DNA of 64,000 nucleotides from an uncultured delta proteobacterium (GCA_963727625.1 CAVSHR010000011.1:288001-352000); one strand, 5' to 3'; shown: positions 9,698-20,418, numbered from the stretch's first letter. The notes: generated by a model from the sequence alone, not told the origin. Numbers and translations are program-made.

Positions 9698-11050
9698 TCA
9701 CCCCATTGGCTCAGGGATGAGATGGGCCATTGGGGAGTCTTGTGCCAGCACCTTAGTGCTCCGCTGTCGCTGGGTGACCGAGGGAGGCGGATCTAACAGG
9801 AATTTCGTCATCGCGTCAGCGGGAATCGGCCGGCAGAAATAATAGCCCTGGGCCTCATCGCACTGCAAGTTGGTAAGCAGCTTTTTCGCATCTAAGGTCT
9901 CGACGCCTTCGGCCACGATTTTGAGGCCGAGGTTATGACCCAAATCGACAATCGACTTGACGATGACCGAGCTGTCCCGGTCGCGTTCGATATTTAGGAC
10001 GAAGGATTTATCTATTTTAATGCAAGACACCGGCAGCTTGGTGAGATAGGCGAACGAGGAGTAACCCGTGCCAAAGTCATCGATCGTAAACCGCACGCCG
10101 AGTTGGCGGATTTGATTCAGTATGCGAATCACTCGTTGCGGATCGCTCATGATGCTGGTCTCGGTAATTTCTAGTTCCAGGTTGTTCGGCGGCACACCGG
10201 TGTCACTCAGCAATGCCTCGATTTGATCCGGCAGTTCTTGCGCTTCGAGGTTCCACATCGTTAGGTTCACCGCGACGCTTATGTCCAAGCCCATTTCTTT
10301 CCACTGGCGGCATTGAATAAGCGACTGCTGGAGGACCCATAAAGTCATTGGGATAATCAGCCCGGTGCGCTCGGCAACGGGAATAAATTGATCGGGAACG
10401 ATAATCCCATGCTCTGGATGCTGCCATCGCAGGAGCACTTCGACACCCGTGATGGGCCCAATGCTGAGATTCACCTTGGGTTGAAAGGTGAGAAATAGCT
10501 GATCGAGAACAATGGCTTGTCGAAGCTCGCTCATCCATTGCCGGGGTGTAAATAGACTGTGCGAACGCGCTGAATAGACCGTGCGCGGTTTTCTATTCGT
10601 CGCCGCGGCGGCGAGATCGACCTCGGCAAATTCGATCAAACTTTCCACACTATCGCCGTTTTCCGGAAACAAGGCGTTGCCGATCCGCGGCTCGAGTGCA
10701 AAGGGGACGTCGTCGATGCGCACCGGTTCGTCCAGTCGAGCCAGCAGCCGGTTGAGCACCAGATCGAGATCTTGCGGCCCCTGGACAGACTGGAGCAGCA
10801 CGGCGATATGTCCGTTACTCAGTACCGCCACTGCATCCGACTCACGCAAGCCGCTTTTTAGCCGCATCGTGACCGCATTGTTAAAGGCCATCAATCCCTT
10901 GTCGCCCGGACTCAACTCACCGGTCGAACTCTCGAAAGAAAAGACCAGCACCGCCACCTGCGGGAAGCTGTTTTTAGCCGAGCGAATCGCTTGGCGCACT
11001 CTTAATTCAAATTCGGAATTGTTTGTGGTCGAGACCGGGTTATTTTGCAT
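9698..11050 (-). CDS. c-di-GMP phosphodiesterase: degenerate GGDEF + EAL
   Basis: FQPK, EVLLRW, LEITE, DDFGTGYSS, KIDKSFV, EGVE, QGY intact; GGDEF site reads SNGHI. Confidence 0.9.
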   Translation of the reverse strand: MQNNPVSTTNNSEFELRVRQAIRSAKNSFPQVAVLVFSFESSTGELSPGDKGLMAFNNAVTMRLKSGLRESDAVAVLSNGHIAVLLQSVQGPQDLDLVLNRLLARLDEPVRIDDVPFALEPRIGNALFPENGDSVESLIEFAEVDLAAAATNRKPRTVYSARSHSLFTPRQWMSELRQAIVLDQLFLTFQPKVNLSIGPITGVEVLLRWQHPEHGIIVPDQFIPVAERTGLIIPMTLWVLQQSLIQCRQWKEMGLDISVAVNLTMWNLEAQELPDQIEALLSDTGVPPNNLELEITETSIMSDPQRVIRILNQIRQLGVRFTIDDFGTGYSSFAYLTKLPVSCIKIDKSFVLNIERDRDSSVIVKSIVDLGHNLGLKIVAEGVETLDAKKLLTNLQCDEAQGYYFCRPIPADAMTKFLLDPPPSVTQRQRSTKVLAQDSPMAHLIPEPMG

Positions 11051-11168
11051 CGGTCGAATCTCTCCGAAAGGGCGCGTGAAAAATTTGCCTTGGAGCTCCC
11101 ATGAGAATCGGACTATTTTCGGATTGATCGCTCCATAATTGCGATCCAGGTGTTTTAGCGTGTGAAAA

Positions 11169-11184
11169 AGCAACGGGTGTGCCA
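11169..11184 (-). promoter_or_regulatory. sigma54 promoter for EAL gene
   Basis: TGGCACA-CCCG-TTGCT. Confidence 0.75.
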
Positions 11185-11491
11185 GGCAATTGTTTTGAGT
11201 TCTTGGGTAAAGAAAGCATTGTGGATGAATCGTTTGCCATCAAAAAATGCGGGAGATGGCAAAACGGACAGTGACTCGACACAATTGGCAGACAGGGTCG
11301 TCGGTCGCTACCCCGCCAGTTTCATCCCGTCGGTTTGCCGCTACGAGATTCACCTTGGATTTCGGCAAAATTTCCTAAAATGCTTCCAAGGCCATCAAAG
11401 CGCCTTATTTGCAGGGCGCCGTGACTCAAATAGCGATTTTATGGACCAAGAGTGCAAGCGAGGTGAAAAAGTAATAACCGGTCGTCATAGG

Positions 11492-13081
11492 TCAAAGGCC
11501 GCTATCTGGTTGGTACAAGGTGACCGACGCGTACTTCGCGACCAGAGACGCGTGGGCTTGGGTCTTCTTGACGAATATCGTTGCTATGCGATCTGAGTAG
11601 ATCGGCTGCCAGTCTCGTTGATCTTGAAGTGCCGCGGTCAGCGGGGAATAGGTATCAAAAATTACCCATGTAATATCGTATTTCTCTAGCTCGGCTCTCC
11701 AGCCCCTCTGGGCATTGGCGATTGTGAAGTAGGAAGTTCCGTATTTGGCGCCATACATATCAGACCGGCCGTCCATAAAGACACGATAGGCGGGCCAAGC
11801 GGCAAAGATCAGGTAATCGCCGAATTCATCGTTGTTGAACATGTTGCCGGTGATCGGCTCTTTCTTTAAAAACTCGACGGCGGCCACTGGAAAGGTTTTG
11901 CTATCAAACTGAAATTTCACTGCTCCTCCCAGCGCCAGCGCGCAAACGAAAAATAAACTGAGGGCGGGCCATAAATATCCCTTCAGGTTGAGATCTATGG
12001 CCGTCAAATTCCGGTTCCGTTTTTGGTAGGATAGAAATATTTTGTCGGGCAGCCGCGTTACGACGTGCGCCGCGGAATTGACTAGAATGGGCGCTATGAT
12101 AATGGCGTAAAGGGATACATACCTAGCCGAATAGAGGGACATATACGATAACAGCAGGACGAGGGTAGTTTCTATGACGTTGAGCGCGGACGGGGACAAC
12201 GCCAAAGCGCCGATCATCGCTATAAGCATGTATTTGAAAGGCAAAACGTCATGAAAATTTGGCGACAGGAATTCTATGACCCGGTCCATGATGAATCGAT
12301 CAGAAGTGAGCCGAAATGGAAACCAAAGAATGTCGATTCCAGAAGGATTGACTAAGCACGCCCCTAGCAGTCCCAGAAATAAGACAAAGAGTTGTCTTGC
12401 CTTGTGGCGGTATTCCTGTCGCTCCGAGGGATTGGCGCTGATGCCGTACAAAACATTACCCGCAAAGTAAATGCCGATCAGGATCAGGGCTATAATAAAC
12501 CCGCCGTGAAGGTTGACCCATAACAACATCAACAGCGGCATATAATATATGAATCGAGAGTCGTTCCGATACTGAAAGCGATCGAGACAATGATACCAGG
12601 CAACGACAAATAGGAGCGAGAAAACATGCGGGCGAGCAAGCCAATGGGACGCAGAGGTGGCGGCTGCGAGCAAAGTTACGAGAACGCACAGCAAGATGGC
12701 GTCCGATCTGGCGCGCAGCGATTGATAGAGCAGCCAGTGGGTAAAGGCGAGCAAGCTGGCGAAAAACAGGACCACCCCGGTTAGACCGAAATTTTGAAAA
12801 ATTTTCGCCATGATCACTTCGGACAGCCATTCGTGTGCCGTCCACTTTAGCGCTGGCGCATGAAAGGAATAGGGATCTTGAGTCGGCACATGCCATGTTT
12901 GCAAAATTATTTCGCCGGTTCGAATGTGATAACCGGTATCGCCGTCCCCGAGCAGGCCCTGTCCCGAGTTGAAAACGAGGACAAACAGCAGCGCGACGAA
13001 AACCATGTTGCCGATCGTCGGCAGCATTAGGGTGGATAACCCCGCTCCCTTCAATGAGAGCGTTGGACGTTCATTAGCCAT
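11492..13081 (-). CDS. Polytopic membrane protein, putative GT-C glycosyltransferase
   Basis: Many TM helices; DGDTGYHIRTG, HEWLSE, ARPH, WVNLHGGF, FMDGRSDMYG motifs. Confidence 0.65.
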   Translation of the reverse strand: MANERPTLSLKGAGLSTLMLPTIGNMVFVALLFVLVFNSGQGLLGDGDTGYHIRTGEIILQTWHVPTQDPYSFHAPALKWTAHEWLSEVIMAKIFQNFGLTGVVLFFASLLAFTHWLLYQSLRARSDAILLCVLVTLLAAATSASHWLARPHVFSLLFVVAWYHCLDRFQYRNDSRFIYYMPLLMLLWVNLHGGFIIALILIGIYFAGNVLYGISANPSERQEYRHKARQLFVLFLGLLGACLVNPSGIDILWFPFRLTSDRFIMDRVIEFLSPNFHDVLPFKYMLIAMIGALALSPSALNVIETTLVLLLSYMSLYSARYVSLYAIIIAPILVNSAAHVVTRLPDKIFLSYQKRNRNLTAIDLNLKGYLWPALSLFFVCALALGGAVKFQFDSKTFPVAAVEFLKKEPITGNMFNNDEFGDYLIFAAWPAYRVFMDGRSDMYGAKYGTSYFTIANAQRGWRAELEKYDITWVIFDTYSPLTAALQDQRDWQPIYSDRIATIFVKKTQAHASLVAKYASVTLYQPDSGL

Positions 13082-13141
13082 GGCGAAATTCAGGCGATCT
13101 TTCGCGCCGGGTGTCGTGAATTTTTTCCGTGTGAAACTTGA

Positions 13142-14329
13142 CTAACCGACCGCGTGGGTGGTGTTGGTGACTTTTTGATTCCGGGCGGTTATTCCCGGCT
13201 GCTCGGCGGCGCCAGAGCGTGATTTGACCAATCCCAATAACCATCTTGAACGTGGTTTTGGCTTATTGAAATTTAACGGCAGAACAATACGAAAGGTCGA
13301 GCCCTTTCCCAGTTCGCTTTTGACGCTGATCGTTCCGTGTATCTGTTCTAGATGCTTCTTGACAATACTCAGGCCCAAGCCGATCCCGCCTCGGGAATTT
13401 TCTGTGGAAGTCTTGTGCACTTGCATAAACGGCTCAAAAATACCCGTCAGGTGAGCCTCTGAAATGCCCGTGCCGGTGTCTTGGACTTCTGCCACAACGG
13501 AATCGTTCTGAGGCAGCCTTGCCAACCGCAAGGTAATCGATCCATGATCGGTATATTTGACGGCATTTTGCAAGAGATTGCTGATGACTTCTTTCAGTCG
13601 TGTCGCGTCGCTGCGCATGGGAATGGATTCTTTAAATATTTCCCAATGGAGATCGAGCCCCTTTTGCTTGCAGAGAAATTCAAAGGTTTCCTTCAACTCT
13701 CTTAAGACCTTACCCAGATCAAGCTCTTCTATTCGGATTGGTTGTTTCCCGGCCTCCATTCGCGAATATATCAAGATCTGATCGATCATGTTTTTAAGAT
13801 GGGTGGATTGCTTGGCCACGACTTGAAGAATTTCGAGGTGCTTGGCCTCGAGGCCGCCATACAGCCCGTCGGTGATACATTCGATGTAGCCGATAATAAC
13901 CGCCAAAGGGGTGCGCAATTCATGCGAGACCTGATTTAAGAATTCGGCCTTGAGATTGGCTAGGTGCTCCGCCTTTTCTTTCTCCTGCCGGAGGAGCTCT
14001 ATCTGCGCTTGAATCTTGCTCCTTGAATTCGACGAAACGTTGCCGATCGCTAACCCCATCATCAACATACCGAAACCGGCGATCGCGCCATAGCCAAAGA
14101 GCTCTTTGTTGTCGCCAAGCAACTCCATCAGGTTGTCGAGACGGGGGTTGCGGGCTTCTTCGGCGGGTCGTTTTATCGCTGCTTGCCTGGGCGCGCCGAA
14201 CGGCTGCGTCGATTGAGCGGCTCGGACAGTCGTTCGCCAAAAGCTGTCCACGCCGTCGGTCCAAAATGGCGCGGTTCCTGTCAAGGCAACCGACAGGGTG
14301 GCCGCGATAAGAAATTTTTGTTTTGACAT
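13142..14329 (-). CDS. Sensor histidine kinase
   Basis: SHELRTPL H-box, NLLQNAVKYT, DTGTGI, GIGLGL boxes. Confidence 0.93.
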   Translation of the reverse strand: MSKQKFLIAATLSVALTGTAPFWTDGVDSFWRTTVRAAQSTQPFGAPRQAAIKRPAEEARNPRLDNLMELLGDNKELFGYGAIAGFGMLMMGLAIGNVSSNSRSKIQAQIELLRQEKEKAEHLANLKAEFLNQVSHELRTPLAVIIGYIECITDGLYGGLEAKHLEILQVVAKQSTHLKNMIDQILIYSRMEAGKQPIRIEELDLGKVLRELKETFEFLCKQKGLDLHWEIFKESIPMRSDATRLKEVISNLLQNAVKYTDHGSITLRLARLPQNDSVVAEVQDTGTGISEAHLTGIFEPFMQVHKTSTENSRGGIGLGLSIVKKHLEQIHGTISVKSELGKGSTFRIVLPLNFNKPKPRSRWLLGLVKSRSGAAEQPGITARNQKVTNTTHAVG

Positions 14330-14335
14330 CTAATG

Positions 14336-15292
14336 TCAGGGATGTGCGGGAGATTGGCTGCTGCTCGTGGCGTTTTCAGGTTGCCAAATCTCAATTCTAT
14401 CTTTACCAGAATTCTTCGCCACATACAGCGCCTTGTCGGCATTTTCGAGCAGCTCTGGCCAGTCGGAATAGAACTTCGCAGAGGTGGAACTGACTCCGAT
14501 GCTGACGGTGAGCGCAAACGGCCGCGCCGTTGTGCCGAAAGAGCAGGTACGAATCGCCTCGTGAATCTTGCTTGCCACTTGCAGCGCGCTGTCCTGGTCG
14601 GTCTCGGGCAAAATCAATACGAATTCTTCGCCGCCGTACCTTGCCGGGAAGTCGCTTTGACGGGTTTTCTCGCGGAAGGTTTCGGCAATCTTGACCAATG
14701 CAGCGTCACCGCCGTGGTGGCCATAGGTATCATTGATTGTTTTGAAATTATCGATATCTAAAATCAGCAGGGATAGGGAATTATGGTAGCGTTTGGAACG
14801 CTCGAACTCTTCCTGAATCTTTTTTTCGAATGCGCGGCGGTTAAAAAGGCTGGTGAGAGAATCGACTTGAGTCTGATACTCGAGGTGTTGTTGGTATTGA
14901 ACGACCCGGGTACCAACACGGATCCGCGCTAAAAGTTCTGAAAACGAAAACGGTTTCGTGATGTAATCATCTGCACCTAAATCGAGTCCATGGACGCGGT
15001 CGCCTTCCTGAATTCTCGCGGTGATCAGAATTAAATAGATACTCTTCAAGGCAGGATTACTGCGGATCCGTTTGATCAGCTCGAATCCGTCCATCTTCGG
15101 CATCATAATGTCCGACAGCGCAATTTGGACATTTTCGGTCTCCAGCCTTTCGAGAGCCTCTAAACCATTTGCCGCCGTTACGACGCGGTATCCTTCGCGC
15201 TGAAGTACGATCGCCAACAGGTCTCTTTGGTCCGGATGATCTTCAATCACCAGGACGGTCAGTGGGGAGTTATCTTTTTGCACGTTGTTCAT
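14336..15292 (-). CDS. Response-regulator diguanylate cyclase (REC-GGDEF)
   Basis: REC with SDIMMP; DIDNFKTINDTYGH, RQSD I-site, GGEEF. Confidence 0.93.
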   Translation of the reverse strand: MNNVQKDNSPLTVLVIEDHPDQRDLLAIVLQREGYRVVTAANGLEALERLETENVQIALSDIMMPKMDGFELIKRIRSNPALKSIYLILITARIQEGDRVHGLDLGADDYITKPFSFSELLARIRVGTRVVQYQQHLEYQTQVDSLTSLFNRRAFEKKIQEEFERSKRYHNSLSLLILDIDNFKTINDTYGHHGGDAALVKIAETFREKTRQSDFPARYGGEEFVLILPETDQDSALQVASKIHEAIRTCSFGTTARPFALTVSIGVSSTSAKFYSDWPELLENADKALYVAKNSGKDRIEIWQPENATSSSQSPAHP

Positions 15293-15402
15293 TGTCTAGA
15301 TTTCCTTAAAGCTGCCTTTTCCGAATATCGCCGTGATTCGGCGGCTCTGTTGCGAGTTTCTCTAAAAACGAGCTTAATCTTCGGATCTTTGCGCTTTCTG
15401 TA

Positions 15403-15418
15403 AGCAATTTGCGTACCC
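15403..15418 (-). promoter_or_regulatory. Probable sigma54 promoter for cyclase/kinase operon
   Basis: GGGTACG-CAAA-TTGCT. Confidence 0.55.
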
Positions 15419-15696
15419 TACACGACGCGCATTGAAACGGCGGAGATAGGCGCAGTGCTTTGACTCACATATTTACCGTGACGCTTTGCCAAAACTCAGT
15501 AAGATCGATTGGTTTTGCGGCTATGGGCGCAAAATGGCTAAATCGGCTTGGCGCCGCCTTTCAATTAGCAACGAAATAGTTTGGCCTGGCGACTTTGTGA
15601 CACTAGATTCATGCGAGCTGTCAGATTTGTCAAGTTGGATTCCCATTGTTGTTCTCCATGAATTATAATTGTTTGAAATCTAACAAGTCTTTTTGT

Positions 15697-15712
15697 TGGC
15701 ACATAAACTGCA
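15697..15712 (+). promoter_or_regulatory. sigma54 promoter for flp pilin
   Basis: TGGCACA-TAAA-CTGCA about 80 nt before flp. Confidence 0.7.
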
Positions 15713-15792
15713 GCAATCGCGGGTAGTGCATTTGAGTCGGTTTAAGAGTCCATAAGCAGTTCAAATCAAATAGGAAAGGGGGTGAACAAATC

Positions 15793-15987
15793 ATGGAGCT
15801 TTTTAAGCGCTTGTTAGTAGAGGAGGATGGCCAAGGATTGGTCGAATACACCTTGATCGTCGTTCTAGTTGCCTTGGTTTTCTGGGTTGCCATCAAAGAG
15901 ACTGATATAGGTAGCCAATTGGCCAGCGGTTGGAGCAAGGTTGCGAGTTGCGTCGGCGATCCGTCGGCATGTACTTCGGCTTCGTAG
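15793..15987 (+). CDS. flp: Flp/Fap type IVc pilin
   Basis: EEDG/QGLVEY prepilin motif, hydrophobic helix, 64 aa, upstream of tad genes. Confidence 0.92.
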   Translation: MELFKRLLVEEDGQGLVEYTLIVVLVALVFWVAIKETDIGSQLASGWSKVASCVGDPSACTSAS

Positions 15988-16016
15988 TCATGACGTGATT
16001 TTCACGATGCGGTAAC

Positions 16017-16056
16017 CGTGGCTCAGAAATGGAGTCTTTCCGTTTCTGAGCCACGT
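16017..16056 (+). terminator. Strong hairpin after flp (terminator or mRNA stabiliser)
   Basis: CGTGGCTCAGAAATGGA...TCCGTTTCTGAGCCACG. Confidence 0.75.
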
Positions 16057-16088
16057 TATTGCATGGAGCCGAATAATGCTAAATTTTA

Positions 16089-16117
16089 TTGACAAGCTTT
16101 TTTATGAAGTGTAGGCT
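16089..16117 (+). promoter_or_regulatory. sigma70-type promoter for tad machinery genes
   Basis: TTGACA-17 nt-TAGGCT. Confidence 0.6.
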
Positions 16118-16123
16118 TCGTAG

Positions 16124-16690
16124 TTGATTAAAAATGTTGTTTTAAACAATTTGACACCTTCAGACGCGATTATATGCACGGTTAGTGGGCTCGCGGCGTT
16201 CTTCGATATGAGGTTAAGGAGAATTCCGAACTGGCTCATCGCGTCCGGTTTGCTCTGCGGGGTCGTCTTGAACTATTTCCAAGGAGACGGGCGTTGGCTC
16301 CAAAGCGTTTTTGGGTTTGCCGTCGGGGTCGCTGTGCTGGTCTTGCCATTTGCCTTTGGATGGATCGGGGCGGGCGACGTTAAGTTTTTTGGCGTCGTCG
16401 GTGCTCTTTTGGGGATATCTTGGCTGCCACGGGTGTTTTTCTATTCTGCTCTTGTTGCCGGAGTGATTGCGGTTGGCTATTTGGTTGTCGGTTTGTCGAA
16501 ATTTTCCCGCTTAAAATCCTATTGGTTGGACGTTAAAACCGCCGTTCTGAGTATGGGGAATGTGTTACCGGAAACCGCGTCTGTGCGTAATCATGACTCT
16601 GGTGCCTCAGTGCCGTGGGGTGTTGCCTTCGCGGCTGGAATGATTATCGCATACTATTTTGATCCGAGCGGTCGATGGTCCGGATTTTAA
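16124..16690 (+). CDS. cpaA: Prepilin peptidase (A24, CpaA/TadV)
   Basis: FDMRLRRIPNWL, GAGDVK, VPWGVA; start uncertain. Confidence 0.9.
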   Translation: MIKNVVLNNLTPSDAIICTVSGLAAFFDMRLRRIPNWLIASGLLCGVVLNYFQGDGRWLQSVFGFAVGVAVLVLPFAFGWIGAGDVKFFGVVGALLGISWLPRVFFYSALVAGVIAVGYLVVGLSKFSRLKSYWLDVKTAVLSMGNVLPETASVRNHDSGASVPWGVAFAAGMIIAYYFDPSGRWSGF

Positions 16691-16773
16691 ATATGGACAA
16701 ATTCGAACAATGACGATTTCTAAGATTTTGCGGTAATTACTTGGCAAATCATTACGCTTAGTGAGGAGCTGAT

Positions 16774-17601
16774 ATGCAGAATAGACTAAAAATTGCGTTA
16801 GTCGTGGCGGTGTTTTTCGGTTTAATCGCCGCCTACGGGATATACAATTTTCTCAGCAGTCAACAAAAACAGGCGGATTCACTCCGAGCCGCAAACCAAG
16901 ATATCGTGGTTGCAGCGAAAGATATTCCGCCCGGGACGACCCTCAATGAGGAGGCGATAAAAAAGGGATTGATTAAGACCACGCCGTGGCCCAAAACATC
17001 GATCCCGGCAGGTGCGTTTTCTTCTCCTCAGCAGGTGATCGGCAAGGTGAATCGGGTAAAGATTCTAGCCAACGAGCCGCTTTTGGAGTCCCGTCTTGCC
17101 GGTGAGGGCGCGGGGCTTACGGTCCGGTTGGATCCGGGCAAGCGCGCGTTAGCTTTGTCGGTGAACGAGATCGTCGGGGTCAGTGGTTTTATCGTTCCCG
17201 ATGATCGGGTCGATGTTATTTTGACCACGAGCCCATTAGGAACGGGGCAGGATACAAAAATTTCAAAAATCATTATGCAAAATAAACGGGTTCTATCCGT
17301 TGCGCAGAGCACGGAGCAAAAGGATGGGAAACCCCAACTCGCGCGTTCGATCACGTTAGAAGTCACTCCTGAAGAAGCGCAAAAGCTGACTTTAGCAACG
17401 CAGGAAGGGCAGATTGTTCTCGCCTTGCGCGGTCTCGGCGATGATGCGCCGGTAGTCACCAAAGCCAGCAACAAGCGAGATATCTTGTCGCTCGCTTCGG
17501 TGTCCCCTAAGCCATCCTCCGCAGGTGCGGTTGCGCCGCCGCCGGAAAAATATCAGGTCGAGGTCATTATGGGTAGTAAGCGAAACGTGGTGGAATTCTA
17601 A
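16774..17601 (+). CDS. cpaB: Flp pilus assembly protein CpaB/RcpC
   Basis: SAF domain (VVAAKDIPPG), GVSGFIVPDDRVDV, ITLEVTPEEA. Confidence 0.93.
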   Translation: MQNRLKIALVVAVFFGLIAAYGIYNFLSSQQKQADSLRAANQDIVVAAKDIPPGTTLNEEAIKKGLIKTTPWPKTSIPAGAFSSPQQVIGKVNRVKILANEPLLESRLAGEGAGLTVRLDPGKRALALSVNEIVGVSGFIVPDDRVDVILTTSPLGTGQDTKISKIIMQNKRVLSVAQSTEQKDGKPQLARSITLEVTPEEAQKLTLATQEGQIVLALRGLGDDAPVVTKASNKRDILSLASVSPKPSSAGAVAPPPEKYQVEVIMGSKRNVVEF

Positions 17602-17619
17602 ATGGGAAGGGGAGAGTTC

Positions 17620-19125
17620 ATGAGTATTCGTTGTTTAGTCCGGGGGCGGCTAAATAGAATTGTCCTGGCGGCGACGATGGCGTTTGCGTTGACGGCGCAA
17701 ACGGCACTAGCGCAGCCGCAGATGGCGCCGACAATTACCGTAACGGTAAACAAATCGATGGTGTTTAGGCTCGCTGAGAAGGTTAAGACCGTACAGGTCT
17801 CGCAGCCGCAAGTGGCGGACGTGCGAGTGATTAGGCCGAATCAGCTTTTGATCAATGGCAAGGGTATCGGTACCACTTCGCTGATTCTTTTTGACGAAAA
17901 GGGCGAGGTTACCAATTTTGATTTGATCGTCACTCCGGATATCTCAGCCATGCGCGCGCAGCTACGCTCGATTTTTCCCGATGAAAAGATCGAAGTTTCG
18001 ACTTCGGGCCCTGCGATTGTTCTGAGAGGCGAGGTGTCAAACGAGACGGTCTATGACAGGGTGCTCGAGATCGCTACAACCTACCTCCCGCCCAAACCTC
18101 CCGCCGCGGTTGCGCCGTCGACCACTACGATTACTGTCAATCCAACTACCACGACCCCACAGTTTGGTTCCGGCTTCAAGGGTGGCGGTCAGGTGGCCTT
18201 TGAGGATGCGTCGGATATGACATCTGTAAACCGCTTCGGGAACAGAAAAACCGAAGGAATCGTGGATTTGCTGGTCATCAAGGAGATTCGCCAGATCGAG
18301 CTCGATGTTATCGTTGCGGAAGTGTCACTTAGCAAGGCGCGTGAGATCGGTTTTAATTTTCGCTACAGCGGACCAACCCAGGTCCAATCGGCAACATCTG
18401 CCCTCGGCTCGGTGTCCGACAGTGGCAGTAACCCAACGGTTTCATTGCCCGCATTCTTGGGCGCACCAACCGGCGCCTTCACTTATATTAATGGTGCTTA
18501 TTCGCTCGTATCGCTCTATCGATTATTGCAAAATAAGGATCTCTCTGAAATTCTCGCGCAGCCGCGCCTGGTGATCAAAAACGGCCGCGCCGGCGGGTTT
18601 TTATCCGGCGGCGAGATTCCCATACAGCAGGTTACGGCCAACAACTCAACCGTCGAGTTTAAAGAATTCGGCGTTCGGCTTAATTTTGTTCCGACGATCA
18701 CCTGGTCCAACCGGATTGATCTTAAGGTTCTCCCTGAGGTGAGCGAGCCCAGCTCAAGTCTAATTGTCAACGGCATTCCGGCGATTACCACGAAACGCAC
18801 GCTGAGCCAGGTGGAGATGAAAGAGGGGGAAAGCCTCATTATCGGCGGTTTGTTGGACCGGAGAATCGTAAAAAACCTTGCCAAGTTTCCTATCTTGGGC
18901 GACGTGCCGATTTTGGGAGCGCTGTTTAGAAGCACGCGGTTTAGCAACAAGGAGACGGAGCTGATTTTTGTAATTACTCCGCGCATTGTCCGTACGATGA
19001 AGCCGGGCGAAAAACCGAATCTTCCCGGAATAGAAAAATATGACGATCCGGATATGCGCCAGGTGCCCGTGCCCATGGGACCGCAAGCGAGAAAATCCGC
19101 GACTCCAGGAGCCTCGATTCCGTGA
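17620..19125 (+). CDS. cpaC: Tad secretin CpaC/RcpA
   Basis: FLSGGEIP, EFGVRL, PILGDVPILGALFRS, ELIFVITP secretin motifs. Confidence 0.93.
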   Translation: MSIRCLVRGRLNRIVLAATMAFALTAQTALAQPQMAPTITVTVNKSMVFRLAEKVKTVQVSQPQVADVRVIRPNQLLINGKGIGTTSLILFDEKGEVTNFDLIVTPDISAMRAQLRSIFPDEKIEVSTSGPAIVLRGEVSNETVYDRVLEIATTYLPPKPPAAVAPSTTTITVNPTTTTPQFGSGFKGGGQVAFEDASDMTSVNRFGNRKTEGIVDLLVIKEIRQIELDVIVAEVSLSKAREIGFNFRYSGPTQVQSATSALGSVSDSGSNPTVSLPAFLGAPTGAFTYINGAYSLVSLYRLLQNKDLSEILAQPRLVIKNGRAGGFLSGGEIPIQQVTANNSTVEFKEFGVRLNFVPTITWSNRIDLKVLPEVSEPSSSLIVNGIPAITTKRTLSQVEMKEGESLIIGGLLDRRIVKNLAKFPILGDVPILGALFRSTRFSNKETELIFVITPRIVRTMKPGEKPNLPGIEKYDDPDMRQVPVPMGPQARKSATPGASIP

Positions 19126-19191
19126 GTTGGAGTTCAACGTGGCATTTGGGTTTGATCAAGGCGAATCGTTGCAACGAGATAAAGCGAAATA

Positions 19192-20409
19192 ATGTCGTTA
19201 CCCATTTATTTAGTAGGCGAAGATAGCCTGGCCTTAGCCTCTTTAAAGCAGCAGCTCGAAAAAGAGGCTAAGGGATCGGTCGAGCCGAAGATATACGCCT
19301 ACGGGGAGGCTTTCGACGCGCTCAAGAATCATAGCGGTCCGGCCATCGCCATTGTCGATATTAACCTCGACCCGGAGCGGGCGTTTGGTGTAGCCGAACA
19401 GATCAAGCTCAGGCTGGTTAACGTTCGCTTGGTCATGACTGCGCCGACGGGTGCCCCCGACACGATCTTGCGTGCCATGCGGGCCGGCGCCGAAGAGTTT
19501 CTCTCTCAGCCGTTTAATTGGCCCGAGGTGCTAAAGTCGCTCGATTCGATCAGTAAAAAAGTTGACCTTCATGCGACGAAATCGGTCGAGCGCGGGCATA
19601 TTGTGGCGGTTTCATCCAACAAGGGAGGCGTCGGCTCCACCACCGCGGCGACCAATATTGCCGCATGTCTGGTGGCGCAGAAAAAGTCGGTTTGCTTGGT
19701 CGATCTGGTGCTGCAGTTCGGTTCGGTCACAAGTTTTCTTAATATCGATACCTCCTATACGATTCTTGATTTAGTCAAAAACTTGAAACGTATCGACCCG
19801 CTTTTTCTCGACGGCTCGTTGGTCAAGCATGCCTCCGGCATTCGAGTGCTTGCCGAACCTTTTTATGCCGAGGATGCCAGGCGAATTACCCCGGCTGATA
19901 TCGACGAGATCCTGGACGTTCTGGCCCAATCCTTCGATTATGTCGTCGTCGACACTTCGAAGGAGTTCGACGATATGCTGGCCTTGGTTCTTGATAAAGC
20001 GAACTTGATTTTGTTTATCACGGAAATGGATGTCCCTTCGCTCAAGAGCGCGCACCGCGCCCTGGAGTTGTTCGAGCGCATGGGGATTTATGAGAAGAAA
20101 ATCCGCCTGATTCTCAATCGCTACGTGAAGAGCAAATTGATGACTTTGGAGTCGGTCGAAAAAGCGCTTGGGGTGAAAGTGTTTTGGACCTTGCCGAACA
20201 ATTATCCGGTGGCGATTGCGGCGGTCAATCAAGGTCTGTCGATTCAAGAATGTGATCCGAAGTCCGACATCGCAAGAAGCTACGCGGGGTTGACCGACGA
20301 GGTTTTGAAAACGTTTATGTTCGCGAGTACCTCTCGAGTGGAGTCGGCGGATAAAAGGTCGGGGCTGCTCGGACGATTCCTGCCGCCGGTACGAGGACTA
20401 ATCAAGTAA
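19192..20409 (+). CDS. cpaE: CpaE/TadZ (REC-like + ParA-like ATPase)
   Basis: RAMRAGAEEFL; SNKGGVGSTT deviant Walker A. Confidence 0.9.
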   Translation: MSLPIYLVGEDSLALASLKQQLEKEAKGSVEPKIYAYGEAFDALKNHSGPAIAIVDINLDPERAFGVAEQIKLRLVNVRLVMTAPTGAPDTILRAMRAGAEEFLSQPFNWPEVLKSLDSISKKVDLHATKSVERGHIVAVSSNKGGVGSTTAATNIAACLVAQKKSVCLVDLVLQFGSVTSFLNIDTSYTILDLVKNLKRIDPLFLDGSLVKHASGIRVLAEPFYAEDARRITPADIDEILDVLAQSFDYVVVDTSKEFDDMLALVLDKANLILFITEMDVPSLKSAHRALELFERMGIYEKKIRLILNRYVKSKLMTLESVEKALGVKVFWTLPNNYPVAIAAVNQGLSIQECDPKSDIARSYAGLTDEVLKTFMFASTSRVESADKRSGLLGRFLPPVRGLIK

Positions 20410-20418
20410 GGAACAATT

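Noticed and set aside
14336-15292. Hypr GGDEF / cGAMP synthase
   Set aside because: The specificity residue is Asp (GHHGGD), as in canonical diguanylate cyclases
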